Source of the DNA: Parcubacteria group bacterium
GTDB taxonomy: Bacteria > Patescibacteriota > Minisyncoccia > Phycocordibacterales > Phycocordibacteraceae
Length of the DNA: 64,000 nt
Reading direction: 5' to 3'
Assembly: GCA_028286825.1 (NCBI GenBank)
Contig: JAQBQV010000002.1
Location: 2,157-66,156 of the forward strand
Part shown: positions 8,750-17,654 of the stretch, piece after piece
Layout of the letters: every line of letters starts with the position of its first letter
How positions within the stretch are numbered: position 1 is the first letter of the stretch
Notes under the pieces: generated by a model
The model's input: the letters and a program-made list of their open reading frames with translations, nothing else
What the model was told of the DNA's origin: nothing
Databases searched by the model: none
Position numbers and translations under genes: made by a program

Positions 8750-9187
8750 TTAGCCTTGCGCGGTTTGTTTTGGGTCAAAGTCGACCATCCATTCAATGCC
8801 AAATTTGTCTCTAAACATTCCAAAGTATGTTCCCCAAGGACTGTCTCCAATAGGCATTTCAACGGTACCGCCCTCTGAAAGTCCGTTAAATAAGGTGTCT
8901 GCTTCTTCGCGACTGTCTGCGCTAATTGCTATCTTAGATCGGTTTTCGTTTTCACTTACTTGGCCCATGCTGTCTGGAATGTCATTGGCCATCAGTGTGT
9001 TTTGACCAATAGGCAATGCGATATGCATTATCTTATTTGCGTCGTTCTCAGCCACAGGAAATCCTGGACTTGAGAGGTCTTTGAAACGAATAATTTTTGC
9101 AAACTCTCCGCCGAAAACCGATTTATAAAACGTAAATGCTTCTTCAGCATTTCCATTAAAGTTAATGTGAGGGTTGATATGTGTCAT
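8750..9187 (-). CDS. VOC/PhnB-like protein
   Basis: INFNGNAEEAFTFYKSVFGG...WG..FGMFRDKFGIEW. Confidence 0.88.
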   Translation of the reverse strand: MTHINPHINFNGNAEEAFTFYKSVFGGEFAKIIRFKDLSSPGFPVAENDANKIMHIALPIGQNTLMANDIPDSMGQVSENENRSKIAISADSREEADTLFNGLSEGGTVEMPIGDSPWGTYFGMFRDKFGIEWMVDFDPKQTAQG

Positions 9188-9298
9188 ATGGCTCATTATA
9201 TCAAACGCTAGGTACATACAGAGCAGCGGTGGCAACGGCGAACTGAATCCCGCCACAGCGGGTTTCCGTTATGAGAAATGAGATCGAAACGGGTGATC

Positions 9299-9775
9299 TT
9301 AACCGCGACGCGCTGCGTCAATAGCGTCCACATCAATTTTTTTCATTGTCATCATTGCTTCAAACGCACGTTTTGCTTCAGCGCCACCTGCTGCCATAGC
9401 ATCAGTTAGCGTGCGTGGCGTGATCTGCCAGGATATTCCCCAACGATCCGTACACCAACCGCATTGACTTTCTTTACCGCCATTCTCAACAATCGCATTC
9501 CAATACCGATCCGTTTCCTCTTGATCATCTGTTGCGATCTGAAATGAAAATGCTTGCGTGCGCTCGAATGCCGGACCGCCGTTAACGCCAACACAAGGAA
9601 TTCCACTGACAATAAACTCCACAGTTAGCACATCCCCCTCCTTACCATCTGGATAATCGCTGGGCGCATTATGCACAGCAGTAACCTTACTGTCGGGGAA
9701 AGTTGCGGCGTAAAAGCTGGCTGCGTCCTCAGCGCCTGATTCGTACATAAGGCAAACGGTATTTTTTGGTGTCAT
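9299..9775 (-). CDS. VOC family (3-demethylubiquinone-9 3-methyltransferase-like) protein
   Basis: NGGP.F...AFSFQ...QEETDRYW..CGWCTDRWGISWQI. Confidence 0.88.
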   Translation of the reverse strand: MTPKNTVCLMYESGAEDAASFYAATFPDSKVTAVHNAPSDYPDGKEGDVLTVEFIVSGIPCVGVNGGPAFERTQAFSFQIATDDQEETDRYWNAIVENGGKESQCGWCTDRWGISWQITPRTLTDAMAAGGAEAKRAFEAMMTMKKIDVDAIDAARRG

Positions 9776-9972
9776 AGTTGTAAGTGATTGAATTGTTAGT
9801 ATATCTAATATTTGAATGAAGGATCTTGCGTCTAAGTTTTTTACGTAAAAGGTTGGTAGCTAGCACACTCTAGCCATGCTTTTGTCGTCTACTCAAGTAA
9901 TGGATTTGAAGTAAGGTATCGACTGCACACAGTCACGAAATAAACACATAACCTCTGGTATACTCAAAATAT

Positions 9973-10308
9973 ATGAAAAATTTCACTGTTATATATATGG
10001 CGCCGGCCGCAGCAATGGAAGAATGGATGCAAAAACCTGAAGCGGAGCGTAAGGAGGCGGAAACTAAAATGAAGACGGGGTGGGACGCATGGATGGCCGC
10101 GCACACCGATACGGTCCTCAATACCATTGCCCTCGGAAAGACTAATCGAGTGAGCGCGTCAGGTGTTGAAGCAGTTAAAAACGACATGATGCTGTCTTCG
10201 TATGTGCAAGGAGAAACGCTTGAAGCGGTTGCGGAGGTATTTAAGGATCATCCGCACTTCGGTATCCCAGGGGCCACCATTGAAGTGATGGAGACGCGTC
10301 CAATGTAG
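9973..10308 (+). CDS. YCII-related hypothetical protein
   Basis: W..WM...LGK...HPH...IEVME pattern. Confidence 0.6.
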   Translation: MKNFTVIYMAPAAAMEEWMQKPEAERKEAETKMKTGWDAWMAAHTDTVLNTIALGKTNRVSASGVEAVKNDMMLSSYVQGETLEAVAEVFKDHPHFGIPGATIEVMETRPM

Positions 10309-10346
10309 GGCTCTGACGATCCTAGCGTAGTAGAAACATGGACAGA

Positions 10347-10377
10347 AAATCCCCCGTCTCTTAAAGAGGCTAGCTCG
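10347..10377 (+). repeat. Degenerate cassette-boundary repeat
   Basis: AAATCCCCCGTCTCTTAAAGAGGCTAGCTCG, followed by TAGAAT-6nt-ATG. Confidence 0.55.
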
Positions 10378-10394
10378 TGGGGTAGAATAGGTGT

Positions 10395-10973
10395 ATGAAA
10401 AAAATTGTCTTAGGGATACTGATCACTCTTGCTGTTTTGATCGTGGCCTTTTACACAGTTAACGCGTATATCTACCATGAAAAGCAGGCGACTGCAGTGG
10501 CCAATTATAGAGATGGCGAATACCGCATTGAGGGATCGTCGGTAACCCTCAAGGGCGGTGTTTCTATTGTTGAAGCAGCACCTGGCTCTGCCTCGAAAGT
10601 AACTACTCGTTATTTTGGCAATGATTATATGGTTGATCTGGACGGGGACGGGCGCGAGGACCACGTCTTCTTACTCACACAAGAAACAGGCGGCAATGGA
10701 GTTTTTTATTATGTCGTCGCAGCCCTTAACACTAAGCGAGGATACATTGGTTCTGATGGATATTTTCTTGGCGATAGGATTGCTCCTCAAACGGTGGGAT
10801 CGAGCCAAAATCCCCGACACCAGAATGTCATTGTTGTGAACTATGCAGACCGTGCTGTGGGCGAACCCGTGACCGCTAAACCTTCGGTTGGGGAAAGTGT
10901 GTATCTTAAACTGGATCCGACGAGCATGCAGTGGGGAATTGTTGAGCCAAATTTTGAAGGAGAATCAAATTAG
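10395..10973 (+). CDS. Membrane-anchored hypothetical protein
   Basis: N-terminal TM; DLDGDGRED..GG.G.FYY..LGDRIAPQ. Confidence 0.75.
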   Translation: MKKIVLGILITLAVLIVAFYTVNAYIYHEKQATAVANYRDGEYRIEGSSVTLKGGVSIVEAAPGSASKVTTRYFGNDYMVDLDGDGREDHVFLLTQETGGNGVFYYVVAALNTKRGYIGSDGYFLGDRIAPQTVGSSQNPRHQNVIVVNYADRAVGEPVTAKPSVGESVYLKLDPTSMQWGIVEPNFEGESN

Positions 10974-10983
10974 GTGTTCAGGA

Positions 10984-11047
10984 AGGTTCCCAAGTTTATA
11001 TCACCCATCAATCCTGTGGTGTGTCCATGCGGTAGTGATGTCAGCTC
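10984..11047 (+). repeat. Degenerate long-form repeat
   Basis: AGGTTCCCAAGT...GGTAGTGATGTCAGCTC; right end resembles copy 10. Confidence 0.55.
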
Positions 11048-11056
11048 ATTGGAGAA

Positions 11057-11473
11057 TCATCGCGGATGATAACTCCTCCAAAGAGTGCGCCATGGTTGAT
11101 AAAGTAAAAAGACTATTACCCCTACGAGCGCAGAATTCGCACCAAGAAGAAAGAAGTATGCAAACCAACAGCACTCTTTCGCATAAAAATAGTAAGGGAT
11201 CTTTGTATGACAGGCGACCAGATTTGTATCGGGTGCTCCAGTTGCACGTGCAGCCTCGGCTTCTCGCATATACTCTGCAATTGTTGCATGCATAAAGGTG
11301 AAAAAAACTGCCGCTACGCCGAAATATTCAATTAACCCCTTATGAGTCGCAAGGGCAACCGTGACAAGTACAATAAGTACCAGCGCACCCTCAACGTGAT
11401 ATGTTTTACAGTTAAATAATTTTTTGATCTTTTCCACCACAACTACAGGGATATAGGAGATTTTATTTTTCAC
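11057..11473 (-). CDS. Membrane protein
   Basis: 138-aa ORF with several hydrophobic segments. Confidence 0.65.
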   Translation of the reverse strand: MKNKISYIPVVVVEKIKKLFNCKTYHVEGALVLIVLVTVALATHKGLIEYFGVAAVFFTFMHATIAEYMREAEAARATGAPDTNLVACHTKIPYYFYAKECCWFAYFFLLGANSALVGVIVFLLYQPWRTLWRSYHPR

Positions 11474-11521
11474 GATAAAGAGAGTATATCAAAGGACTTA
11501 ACGTCCTTTTGGCCTCTAGAA

Positions 11522-11538
11522 AGGTTCATGTCGTACCA
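11522..11538 (+). repeat. Left arm of cassette-boundary repeat (may be a long form ending ~11619)
   Basis: AGGTTCATGTCGTACCA; hairpin CACCCATGTTTC/GAAACGGGTG then GGCTCAGCT. Confidence 0.6.
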
Positions 11539-11618
11539 AATCTACACCCATGTTTCAAGGCTCTCAGGAAACGGGTGAGCATTCTAAGGTGCCTAAATAA
11601 CTTATACCCCGGCTCAGC

Positions 11619-11648
11619 TTGCGTTTAGAGCAATTGCTCTAATATACT
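11619..11648 (+). promoter_or_regulatory. lexA-like promoter with perfect 18-bp palindromic operator candidate
   Basis: TTGCGT-[TTAGAGCAATTGCTCTAA]-TATACT-6nt-ATG. Confidence 0.75.
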
Positions 11649-11654
11649 GTGGGT

Positions 11655-12218
11655 ATGACTGACGCCAAAGACAAAATCGCCAACTTCTACCGCAAGCGCC
11701 GCCGGATGCCATCGCATACCGAGGTCGCGAAGCTTCTCGGCTACAAATCTCGAGGTGCGACGGCCTATGCGATCCAGAAGCTCGTAGACGCAGGAGTTGT
11801 GTCTAAGGATAAGACCGGCAGACTTCTGCCTGGTGAGCTGCAATATGGGTTAAAAATGCTGGGCTTGGTCGAAGCTGGTTTCCCATCAGCAGCTGAAGAG
11901 GAACTCCTCGACGTCATGAACTTTGACGAATACCTCACTCCCAACAAGGAGTCGAGCTATATCTTGAAAGTGAAAGGTGACTCAATGATCGAAGCGGGTA
12001 TCCAAGAAGGGGACATGGTTATCGTCGAGCGCAGGCAAAGCTATAAGCCCGGACAAATTGTGATTGCTTCTGTTGATGGAGAGTTCACTATTAAATATCT
12101 GCGCAAAGGGCAAGGAGGTTACTTTCTTGAACCAGCTAACTCAAAATACAAACCTATTTACCCAGAACAGACGTTGAACATCGAGGCGGTAGTTACGGCA
12201 GTAGTACGCAAATACTGA
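11655..12218 (+). CDS. lexA: LexA-family repressor / S24 peptidase
   Basis: N-terminal wHTH (MPSHTEVAKLLGYKS), AGFPS cleavage site, VKGDSM Ser, TIK Lys. Confidence 0.85.
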   Translation: MTDAKDKIANFYRKRRRMPSHTEVAKLLGYKSRGATAYAIQKLVDAGVVSKDKTGRLLPGELQYGLKMLGLVEAGFPSAAEEELLDVMNFDEYLTPNKESSYILKVKGDSMIEAGIQEGDMVIVERRQSYKPGQIVIASVDGEFTIKYLRKGQGGYFLEPANSKYKPIYPEQTLNIEAVVTAVVRKY

Positions 12219-12219
12219 T

Positions 12220-13527
12220 ATGGCGTGGGGTTCCATACGTTCCTACCCGCGCGCCATCCTCCACGTAGACGGAGATTCTTTCTTTGTATCTTGTGAGGTA
12301 GCAAAAAATCCCTCCTTGAAAGGAAAGCCTGTAATCACTGGGAAGGAGCGGGGTATCGTATCCGCAGCGTCATACGAGGCGAAAGCGAGGGGCGTGAAGC
12401 GAGGTATGCGGTTATTTGAGGTGAGGCAGATTTGTCCTAACGCGGTGATACTCCCCTCAGACTACGAGACGTATAGTCTCTTCTCTGAGCGCATGTACAG
12501 AATCGTGCGCAGGTATACGCCCGCGGTAGAGGAGTACAGTATAGACGAGTGCTTCGCTGACCTTACTGGTCTGCGCGGAAAACTGCACTTGAGCTATGAG
12601 CAAATCGCACAAAGGATAAAACACGATCTTGATACTGAGCTCGGGATGACATTTTCAATCGGCGTATCAGCAACAAAGACGCTTGCAAAGATCGGCTCTA
12701 AGTGGAAGAAGCCATCAGGCCTCACTATGATTCCGTTACGAGATAAGCCAGTCTTCTTGGAGAAGACTCCTGTCGGAGCCGTGTGGGGGGTTGGTCCGAA
12801 CACAGCAGCGTTGCTTAATACATGGGGAGTACGGACTGCACTCGACTTTGCGAAAAAGCCTGAGGCTTGGGTGAAAGAGAGGGTGTCAAAACCATACTTT
12901 GAGACCTGGCAGGAGCTAAATGGAGTTGTTTCAAATGAGCTCGATGTAGACGGAAGGAAGGGATACAAATCGATTAGCAAAACAAAGACTTTCACTCCGC
13001 CATCTACGAGCCCAACATTTGTATATGCTCAGCTCTCAAAAAACATTGAGAATGCCTGCATCAAGGCTCGTCGGTGGGATTTGGTTAGTCCGGTTATTTA
13101 CTTTTATATTTTGACGCAAGACTTTCGTTACCACTCCTATGAGATTAAACTTCCATATCCAACAAACGTTCCGCAAGACATTCTGAAAGAAGTGTCAAAA
13201 TATTTCGCAACATTGTTCAAAAAAAATACGGAGTATCGAGCCACAGGAATTATTCTTGCCAAGCTCTCTGACGGTAAAACAGTCCAGCTCGACCTCTTTG
13301 GCTCAGTCCAAAAGTCCGAAGCCATTAAACGGGTGTTTGAGAGCGTCGATACGATGTCTGAAAAGTTTGGGAAGCATACTATTTTTCTTGGGTCCAGCTT
13401 TGAAGCCATGACCCATTCAGCACATCTCGGGGATCGGGGCGATGTCACCAATCGTGTCGTCAGCTTGTTTAAGGGCGAGACAAAGCGGAGACGTCTAGGA
13501 ATCCCTATGCTTGGCGAGGTCAGATAG
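12220..13527 (+). CDS. dinB: Y-family DNA polymerase (Pol IV/UmuC-like)
   Basis: LHVDGDSFFVS, ASYEAK, YSIDE, LAKIGS..KP.G; C-terminal QLDLF clamp motif. Confidence 0.92.
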   Translation: MAWGSIRSYPRAILHVDGDSFFVSCEVAKNPSLKGKPVITGKERGIVSAASYEAKARGVKRGMRLFEVRQICPNAVILPSDYETYSLFSERMYRIVRRYTPAVEEYSIDECFADLTGLRGKLHLSYEQIAQRIKHDLDTELGMTFSIGVSATKTLAKIGSKWKKPSGLTMIPLRDKPVFLEKTPVGAVWGVGPNTAALLNTWGVRTALDFAKKPEAWVKERVSKPYFETWQELNGVVSNELDVDGRKGYKSISKTKTFTPPSTSPTFVYAQLSKNIENACIKARRWDLVSPVIYFYILTQDFRYHSYEIKLPYPTNVPQDILKEVSKYFATLFKKNTEYRATGIILAKLSDGKTVQLDLFGSVQKSEAIKRVFESVDTMSEKFGKHTIFLGSSFEAMTHSAHLGDRGDVTNRVVSLFKGETKRRRLGIPMLGEVR

Positions 13528-13592
13528 GGTAAAAAGACAAGTGACGTTATCAGGTTCACTCGGTATTCAGAGCGTAGTGGTAGAATTCCTCT

Positions 13593-13976
13593 ATGTTTAA
13601 AAATACAGAAGCGTTCAGCAGCTATTCAGTTGATTCTATCGAAGAAGCATTACGATTTTATAAAGACAAACTTGGCTTAGTAGTTGCAACGACTAAGGAA
13701 GGGTTGGAAATAACACTGGATGGACGGCGCCTGTTTCTGTATCAGAAGCCAAATCATACTCCCGCGTCATTCACCGTTCTCAATTTTGTGGTTAATGATA
13801 TTGATGCTGCTGTTAAAGAGTTGGAGACAGTAGGAGTAACACTTGAAAAATATGATATGAATGAAATGCGTGCTGATGAAAAGGGTATCTATCGAGGGTC
13901 TTCCACTGGAAATGGTCCTGATATAGCTTGGTTTACGGATCCCGCAGGGAATATTCTGTCTGTTATTCAAAAATAA
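13593..13976 (+). CDS. VOC/glyoxalase family protein
   Basis: FY.DKLGL; LNFVVNDIDAA; AWFTDPAGN. Confidence 0.88.
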   Translation: MFKNTEAFSSYSVDSIEEALRFYKDKLGLVVATTKEGLEITLDGRRLFLYQKPNHTPASFTVLNFVVNDIDAAVKELETVGVTLEKYDMNEMRADEKGIYRGSSTGNGPDIAWFTDPAGNILSVIQK

Positions 13977-13984
13977 ATCTGCTC

Positions 13985-14590
13985 ATGAGAAAAATAATCA
14001 CCACAACCTTTATAACCTTAGATGGTGTGATGCAGGCTCCAGGAGGTCCCGAAGAGGACACGGCAAACGGATTTGCCTATGGTGGCTGGCAATTGTCATA
14101 TCCTTCAGGCGAGACGCTGGACTCTAAGATGAGCGAATTCATGCATGCTCCGTTTGAGCTTCTCCTGGGGAAAACGACCTATACCATCTTTGCTTCGTAC
14201 TGGCCGACTGCGACGACTGATCTCGAGGTGGCCGATCCGTTTAACAGGACAAAGAAATACGTCGTCTCACATCACTCTTTTGAGCCCGGGTGGAGTAACT
14301 CCGTCTGTATTACCGGTGACGTCGTAGCAGAGATCAAGAAACTAAAAGAAGAAGAGGGTCCAGATCTGTGGGTGTATGGGAGTGGGGACCTCATTCAGAC
14401 ATTGCTCAAATACCACCTGATCGATCGCATGCATTTGTGGACATATCCGATCACCATTGGTACCGGCAAACGGCTTTTCTCAGAGGGAACCCAAGCGGAA
14501 AACTTTAAGCTTATTGACGCTCAGATTTCGACGACGGGCGTTATCTTTGCTACCTACGAGCCAGTCGGCGACCTAACTGTTAAAGCGTGA
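13985..14590 (+). CDS. Dihydrofolate reductase-like / RibD C-terminal protein
   Basis: TLDGVMQAPG; LLLGKTTY; VYGSG.L; GTGKRLF. Confidence 0.88.
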   Translation: MRKIITTTFITLDGVMQAPGGPEEDTANGFAYGGWQLSYPSGETLDSKMSEFMHAPFELLLGKTTYTIFASYWPTATTDLEVADPFNRTKKYVVSHHSFEPGWSNSVCITGDVVAEIKKLKEEEGPDLWVYGSGDLIQTLLKYHLIDRMHLWTYPITIGTGKRLFSEGTQAENFKLIDAQISTTGVIFATYEPVGDLTVKA

Positions 14591-14618
14591 AGCGATTTAT
14601 CGTTTAACATAGAGTCTT

Positions 14619-14972
14619 ATGACGCAGCCTCGAATCTACACAATGAGCTTCGCAAGCGTTTATCCTCTATATGTCACTAAGGCGGAGAAAAAAGGACGCA
14701 CGAAAGCAGAAGTTGACGAAACCATTCGCTGGCTCACCGGTTACAGCCAGAAAGAGTTAGGAGCGCAAATTAAAAACCAAACAACCTTTGAAACGTTCTT
14801 TGCGGAAGCTCCTAAACTCAATCCGCTGCGGGCTCTGATTACGGGTGTGGTCTGTGGTGTCCGCGTAGAAGATATCACCGAGCCTACAATGAGGGAAATT
14901 CGCTATTTGGATAAATTAATCGATGAGCTCGCAAAAGGGAAAGCGATGGAGAAGATTTTGCGGAAGCAATAA
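14619..14972 (+). CDS. DUF2200 family protein
   Basis: [42 protein letters not shown]. Confidence 0.88.
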   Translation: MTQPRIYTMSFASVYPLYVTKAEKKGRTKAEVDETIRWLTGYSQKELGAQIKNQTTFETFFAEAPKLNPLRALITGVVCGVRVEDITEPTMREIRYLDKLIDELAKGKAMEKILRKQ

Positions 14973-15011
14973 AAGTCAAACGTCGTTGCCTTGGTGGTAT
15001 AATGCGTACCT

Positions 15012-15365
15012 ATGGAACATAGGAAAGGAGGGTGTCACTGCGGCAAAGTGCGTTATGAGGTGGAAGTTGACCTCACTAAACCAGTCGTCGAGTGTAACTG
15101 CTCAATCTGTGGTGGCAAAGGACTGCTTTTGTCGTTTGTCCCGACAGAACAAATGACGGTTCTCTCAGGCGAGGACTCACTCACGGAGTACCGGTTTAAT
15201 ACTGAAAAAATTGTCCACCTTTTCTGCAAAGTGTGCGGTACTGAGACATTTGCCAGAGGTGAAGGTCCAGATGGAAAAGCAACCTATGCCATTAACGTTC
15301 GCACTCTCGATGAGGTGGATCTTGCTACGCTCAGTCGTATGCCCTACGACGGCAAGGCACTATAG
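15012..15365 (+). CDS. GFA family Zn-binding protein
   Basis: GGCHCG..CNCSIC..FCKVCG. Confidence 0.9.
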   Translation: MEHRKGGCHCGKVRYEVEVDLTKPVVECNCSICGGKGLLLSFVPTEQMTVLSGEDSLTEYRFNTEKIVHLFCKVCGTETFARGEGPDGKATYAINVRTLDEVDLATLSRMPYDGKAL

Positions 15366-15390
15366 GTTTCCCACGTCGTACTAGTGGCCC
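15364..15390 (+). repeat. Cassette-boundary repeat (shortened)
   Basis: AGGTTTCCCACGTCGTACTAGTGGCCC overlapping the TAG. Confidence 0.85.
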
Positions 15391-15408
15391 ATTTGTTATA
15401 GTTACGCT

Positions 15409-15654
15409 ATGAAAAGTGTTGCTTCAGAAACACCTCACAAAATACCGACGGATTTACGAAAGGCCTTGTCTACGGCTCCTAAGGCGCAAGCAACGTGGGA
15501 AGATATCACGCCGCTGGCCCGCAATGAGTGGATTTGCTGGGTTACATCTGGCAAAAAAGCGGAAACGAGGAATATTCGTATAGAAAAGGCACTCTCGAAA
15601 CTGAAGGGCGGAATGCGTAGGCCCTGCTGTTGGGTTGGCTGCCCTCACCGCTAA
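15409..15654 (+). CDS. YdeI/OmpD-associated family protein
   Basis: P.DLRKAL..W..ITPLARNEWICWV.S.KK.ETR. Confidence 0.85.
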   Translation: MKSVASETPHKIPTDLRKALSTAPKAQATWEDITPLARNEWICWVTSGKKAETRNIRIEKALSKLKGGMRRPCCWVGCPHR

Positions 15655-15665
15655 AAGTTACACCG

Positions 15666-16157
15666 TTATTCATCTGTCGATGCGAACCATAGTGAGAGAA
15701 TGGCCCCGAGACCGATAGAAAGAATACCGATACCGTAGAGCGTTAAACTAACGGCAGGTGTCCAGCTGAGTATATGGAGATTGCTTAGCAAGAAATTCCA
15801 GTCGTGAATGACAGAGTCACCACCGAGTAGCGGTAGCTGCATCGTGATGGCGTCGCCAGCATAGACGGAAACGTTGATGAGATTTTGGCCTACCCACATG
15901 AGACAGAGAGCTGCTGAGAATCGTTGTTCGGTAATCCAGAAATAGAGAGCTATAGAGAGCGGTAATACTATCTGGAAACCCGATCCCATCAAAACACTAG
16001 TGAACTGTCCAAAGAAAATGAAGATAGTGTGGCCAGCTTCGTGGAAAAGCAGATTAGCGTAGTCGATGTAGTGCCAATCCATTTGCGTCGTTGCACAGTA
16101 AAAAAAATATCCGCTCATAATAAGGGCTATGATGTAGCGGCTTCGTATGGAGAACAT
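15666..16157 (-). CDS. Membrane protein with HExxH (M50-like)
   Basis: LLFHEAGH; HDWNFLL; multiple TMs. Confidence 0.7.
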   Translation of the reverse strand: MFSIRSRYIIALIMSGYFFYCATTQMDWHYIDYANLLFHEAGHTIFIFFGQFTSVLMGSGFQIVLPLSIALYFWITEQRFSAALCLMWVGQNLINVSVYAGDAITMQLPLLGGDSVIHDWNFLLSNLHILSWTPAVSLTLYGIGILSIGLGAILSLWFASTDE

Positions 16158-16253
16158 AGAGAGATGGTAGCACTAAGGCAGTGAATCCTATCTGCACTTC
16201 TTGCGTAAGAAGTGCACTCCACGTTCGTCAATTCTTGTATTACACTGTCTACT

Positions 16254-16532
16254 ATGAAAACACCTTTAATCGTTCTCGCCGTGCTGGTTGTACTTGGTGC
16301 AGGGTACCTCATCTTTACGAATAACGGTTCCTCTACGGATACGCCGAATTCTGGGGCCCAGCAAGGCAAGCTCAACATTGACGCAGTCTGCGATGGAGCT
16401 CTTGCGTATATGACCTTTCCGGACGGCGCAAGTGCACAAGCTTTTGTTGCTGAGTGTAAGGAGGGGAAACACCCAGAAGTGATTGAGAAATACAAAGCTG
16501 ATAATAACCTCGGTGACGGCAAGCAAATTTAA
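16254..16532 (+). CDS. Small membrane-anchored protein
   Basis: TM plus C..ALAYMTF..FV.EC motif. Confidence 0.7.
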   Translation: MKTPLIVLAVLVVLGAGYLIFTNNGSSTDTPNSGAQQGKLNIDAVCDGALAYMTFPDGASAQAFVAECKEGKHPEVIEKYKADNNLGDGKQI

Positions 16533-17194
16533 TGGAACCTTTTATGAGTAAGTCACACATATCTCTCATCACGATTGGAGTATTGCTCTTCGTTACTGCC
16601 GGCGGATACTTCGCTTTCAATTCCGCTACCAATCACGAAAAGCAGGGCAGTGCTGATTTCGAACCGTATCGCGCTACATTATCTGGTACTCACGTTTGCT
16701 TGCCCCACAAGGATGCAAGTGCTTCTCAGACGCTCGAATGCGCAACTGGTATTCAAACCGACTCAGGGGAGTACTATGCGCTCGATTTTAACTTGATGTC
16801 GCAGAGCGCCCACTCACTTGCAATTGGTCAGCACTTCTCAGCCTCAGGTGTAGTGACTCCGATCGAGCGGCTGAACTCAGATCACTGGCAACTATATACT
16901 ATGCGGGGCATTTTCTCAGTAACAGACGAGCTTCAAGTAGAGTCGACTACTACGGTAATAACTCCTCCAGTCGCAAAGCCGGTTGAAAAACTGGGGAAGT
17001 GTTATGTTGGTGGGTGCTCGAGCCAGCTCTGCACCGATCAACCAGCGATGGTTTCGACGTGTGAATATACGGATGCCTATGCGTGTTATAAAACAGCTGT
17101 TTGTGAACGCCAAAAGAATGGCGCGTGCGGCTGGACAGACTCTGTCGAGCTACGATCTTGCCTGCAGAACTCTACGTCGAACCCTGCTGTCTAG
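16532..17194 (+). CDS. Exported Cys-rich protein (eight-cysteine-cluster-like C-terminus)
   Basis: CYVGGCSSQLC..STCEY..CY..C..G.CGW. Confidence 0.75.
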   Translation: MEPFMSKSHISLITIGVLLFVTAGGYFAFNSATNHEKQGSADFEPYRATLSGTHVCLPHKDASASQTLECATGIQTDSGEYYALDFNLMSQSAHSLAIGQHFSASGVVTPIERLNSDHWQLYTMRGIFSVTDELQVESTTTVITPPVAKPVEKLGKCYVGGCSSQLCTDQPAMVSTCEYTDAYACYKTAVCERQKNGACGWTDSVELRSCLQNSTSNPAV

Positions 17195-17248
17195 TCACAA
17201 GGTTTTTCACACCAAGTCTAATTTTGAGATCCTGATATACTGAATCAT

Positions 17249-17575
17249 ATGATATTTTCACTTATTGCCGGTTTTGTGCTCGGAGTGGGCGCGCTTGTCT
17301 TTGCGAGTCAAAATACTCAGTTTGTAGCCCTTACGTTTCTCGGCTGGCAATTTCAAAGTTCGCTCGCGCTTCTCGTTATAGTTTCGGTAGGTTTCGGTAT
17401 AGTCCTCAGTATCCTTGCGACACTTCCTACTGCTGTTTCCAACCATTTCCGCATGCGGGGTCTCCGAAAGCAGAATCAGAATCTGGTAGCAGAAGTAGAA
17501 GCACAACGACAAGCGCAAGCAGCTGCCGCGCCTGCTGAGGAGATCACGGAAAGAGAGGTTGACTTGCACCAGTAG
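17249..17575 (+). CDS. LapA-family membrane protein
   Basis: FASQN..V.LTFLGW; TM then coiled coil. Confidence 0.75.
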   Translation: MIFSLIAGFVLGVGALVFASQNTQFVALTFLGWQFQSSLALLVIVSVGFGIVLSILATLPTAVSNHFRMRGLRKQNQNLVAEVEAQRQAQAAAAPAEEITEREVDLHQ

Positions 17576-17654
17576 AAATTTTCAACGTCAGCGATATTAG
17601 TAGGGCATGGCGTAAGACGTGAGGTGTGTAATCGTCAGGGGCTAGACATACAGT

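Noticed and set aside
400..15390. Canonical integron attC array
   Set aside because: No RYYYAAC...GTTRRRY boxes in the right order, the short form is smaller than typical attC, and there is no intI in the window. Kept only as an analogy.
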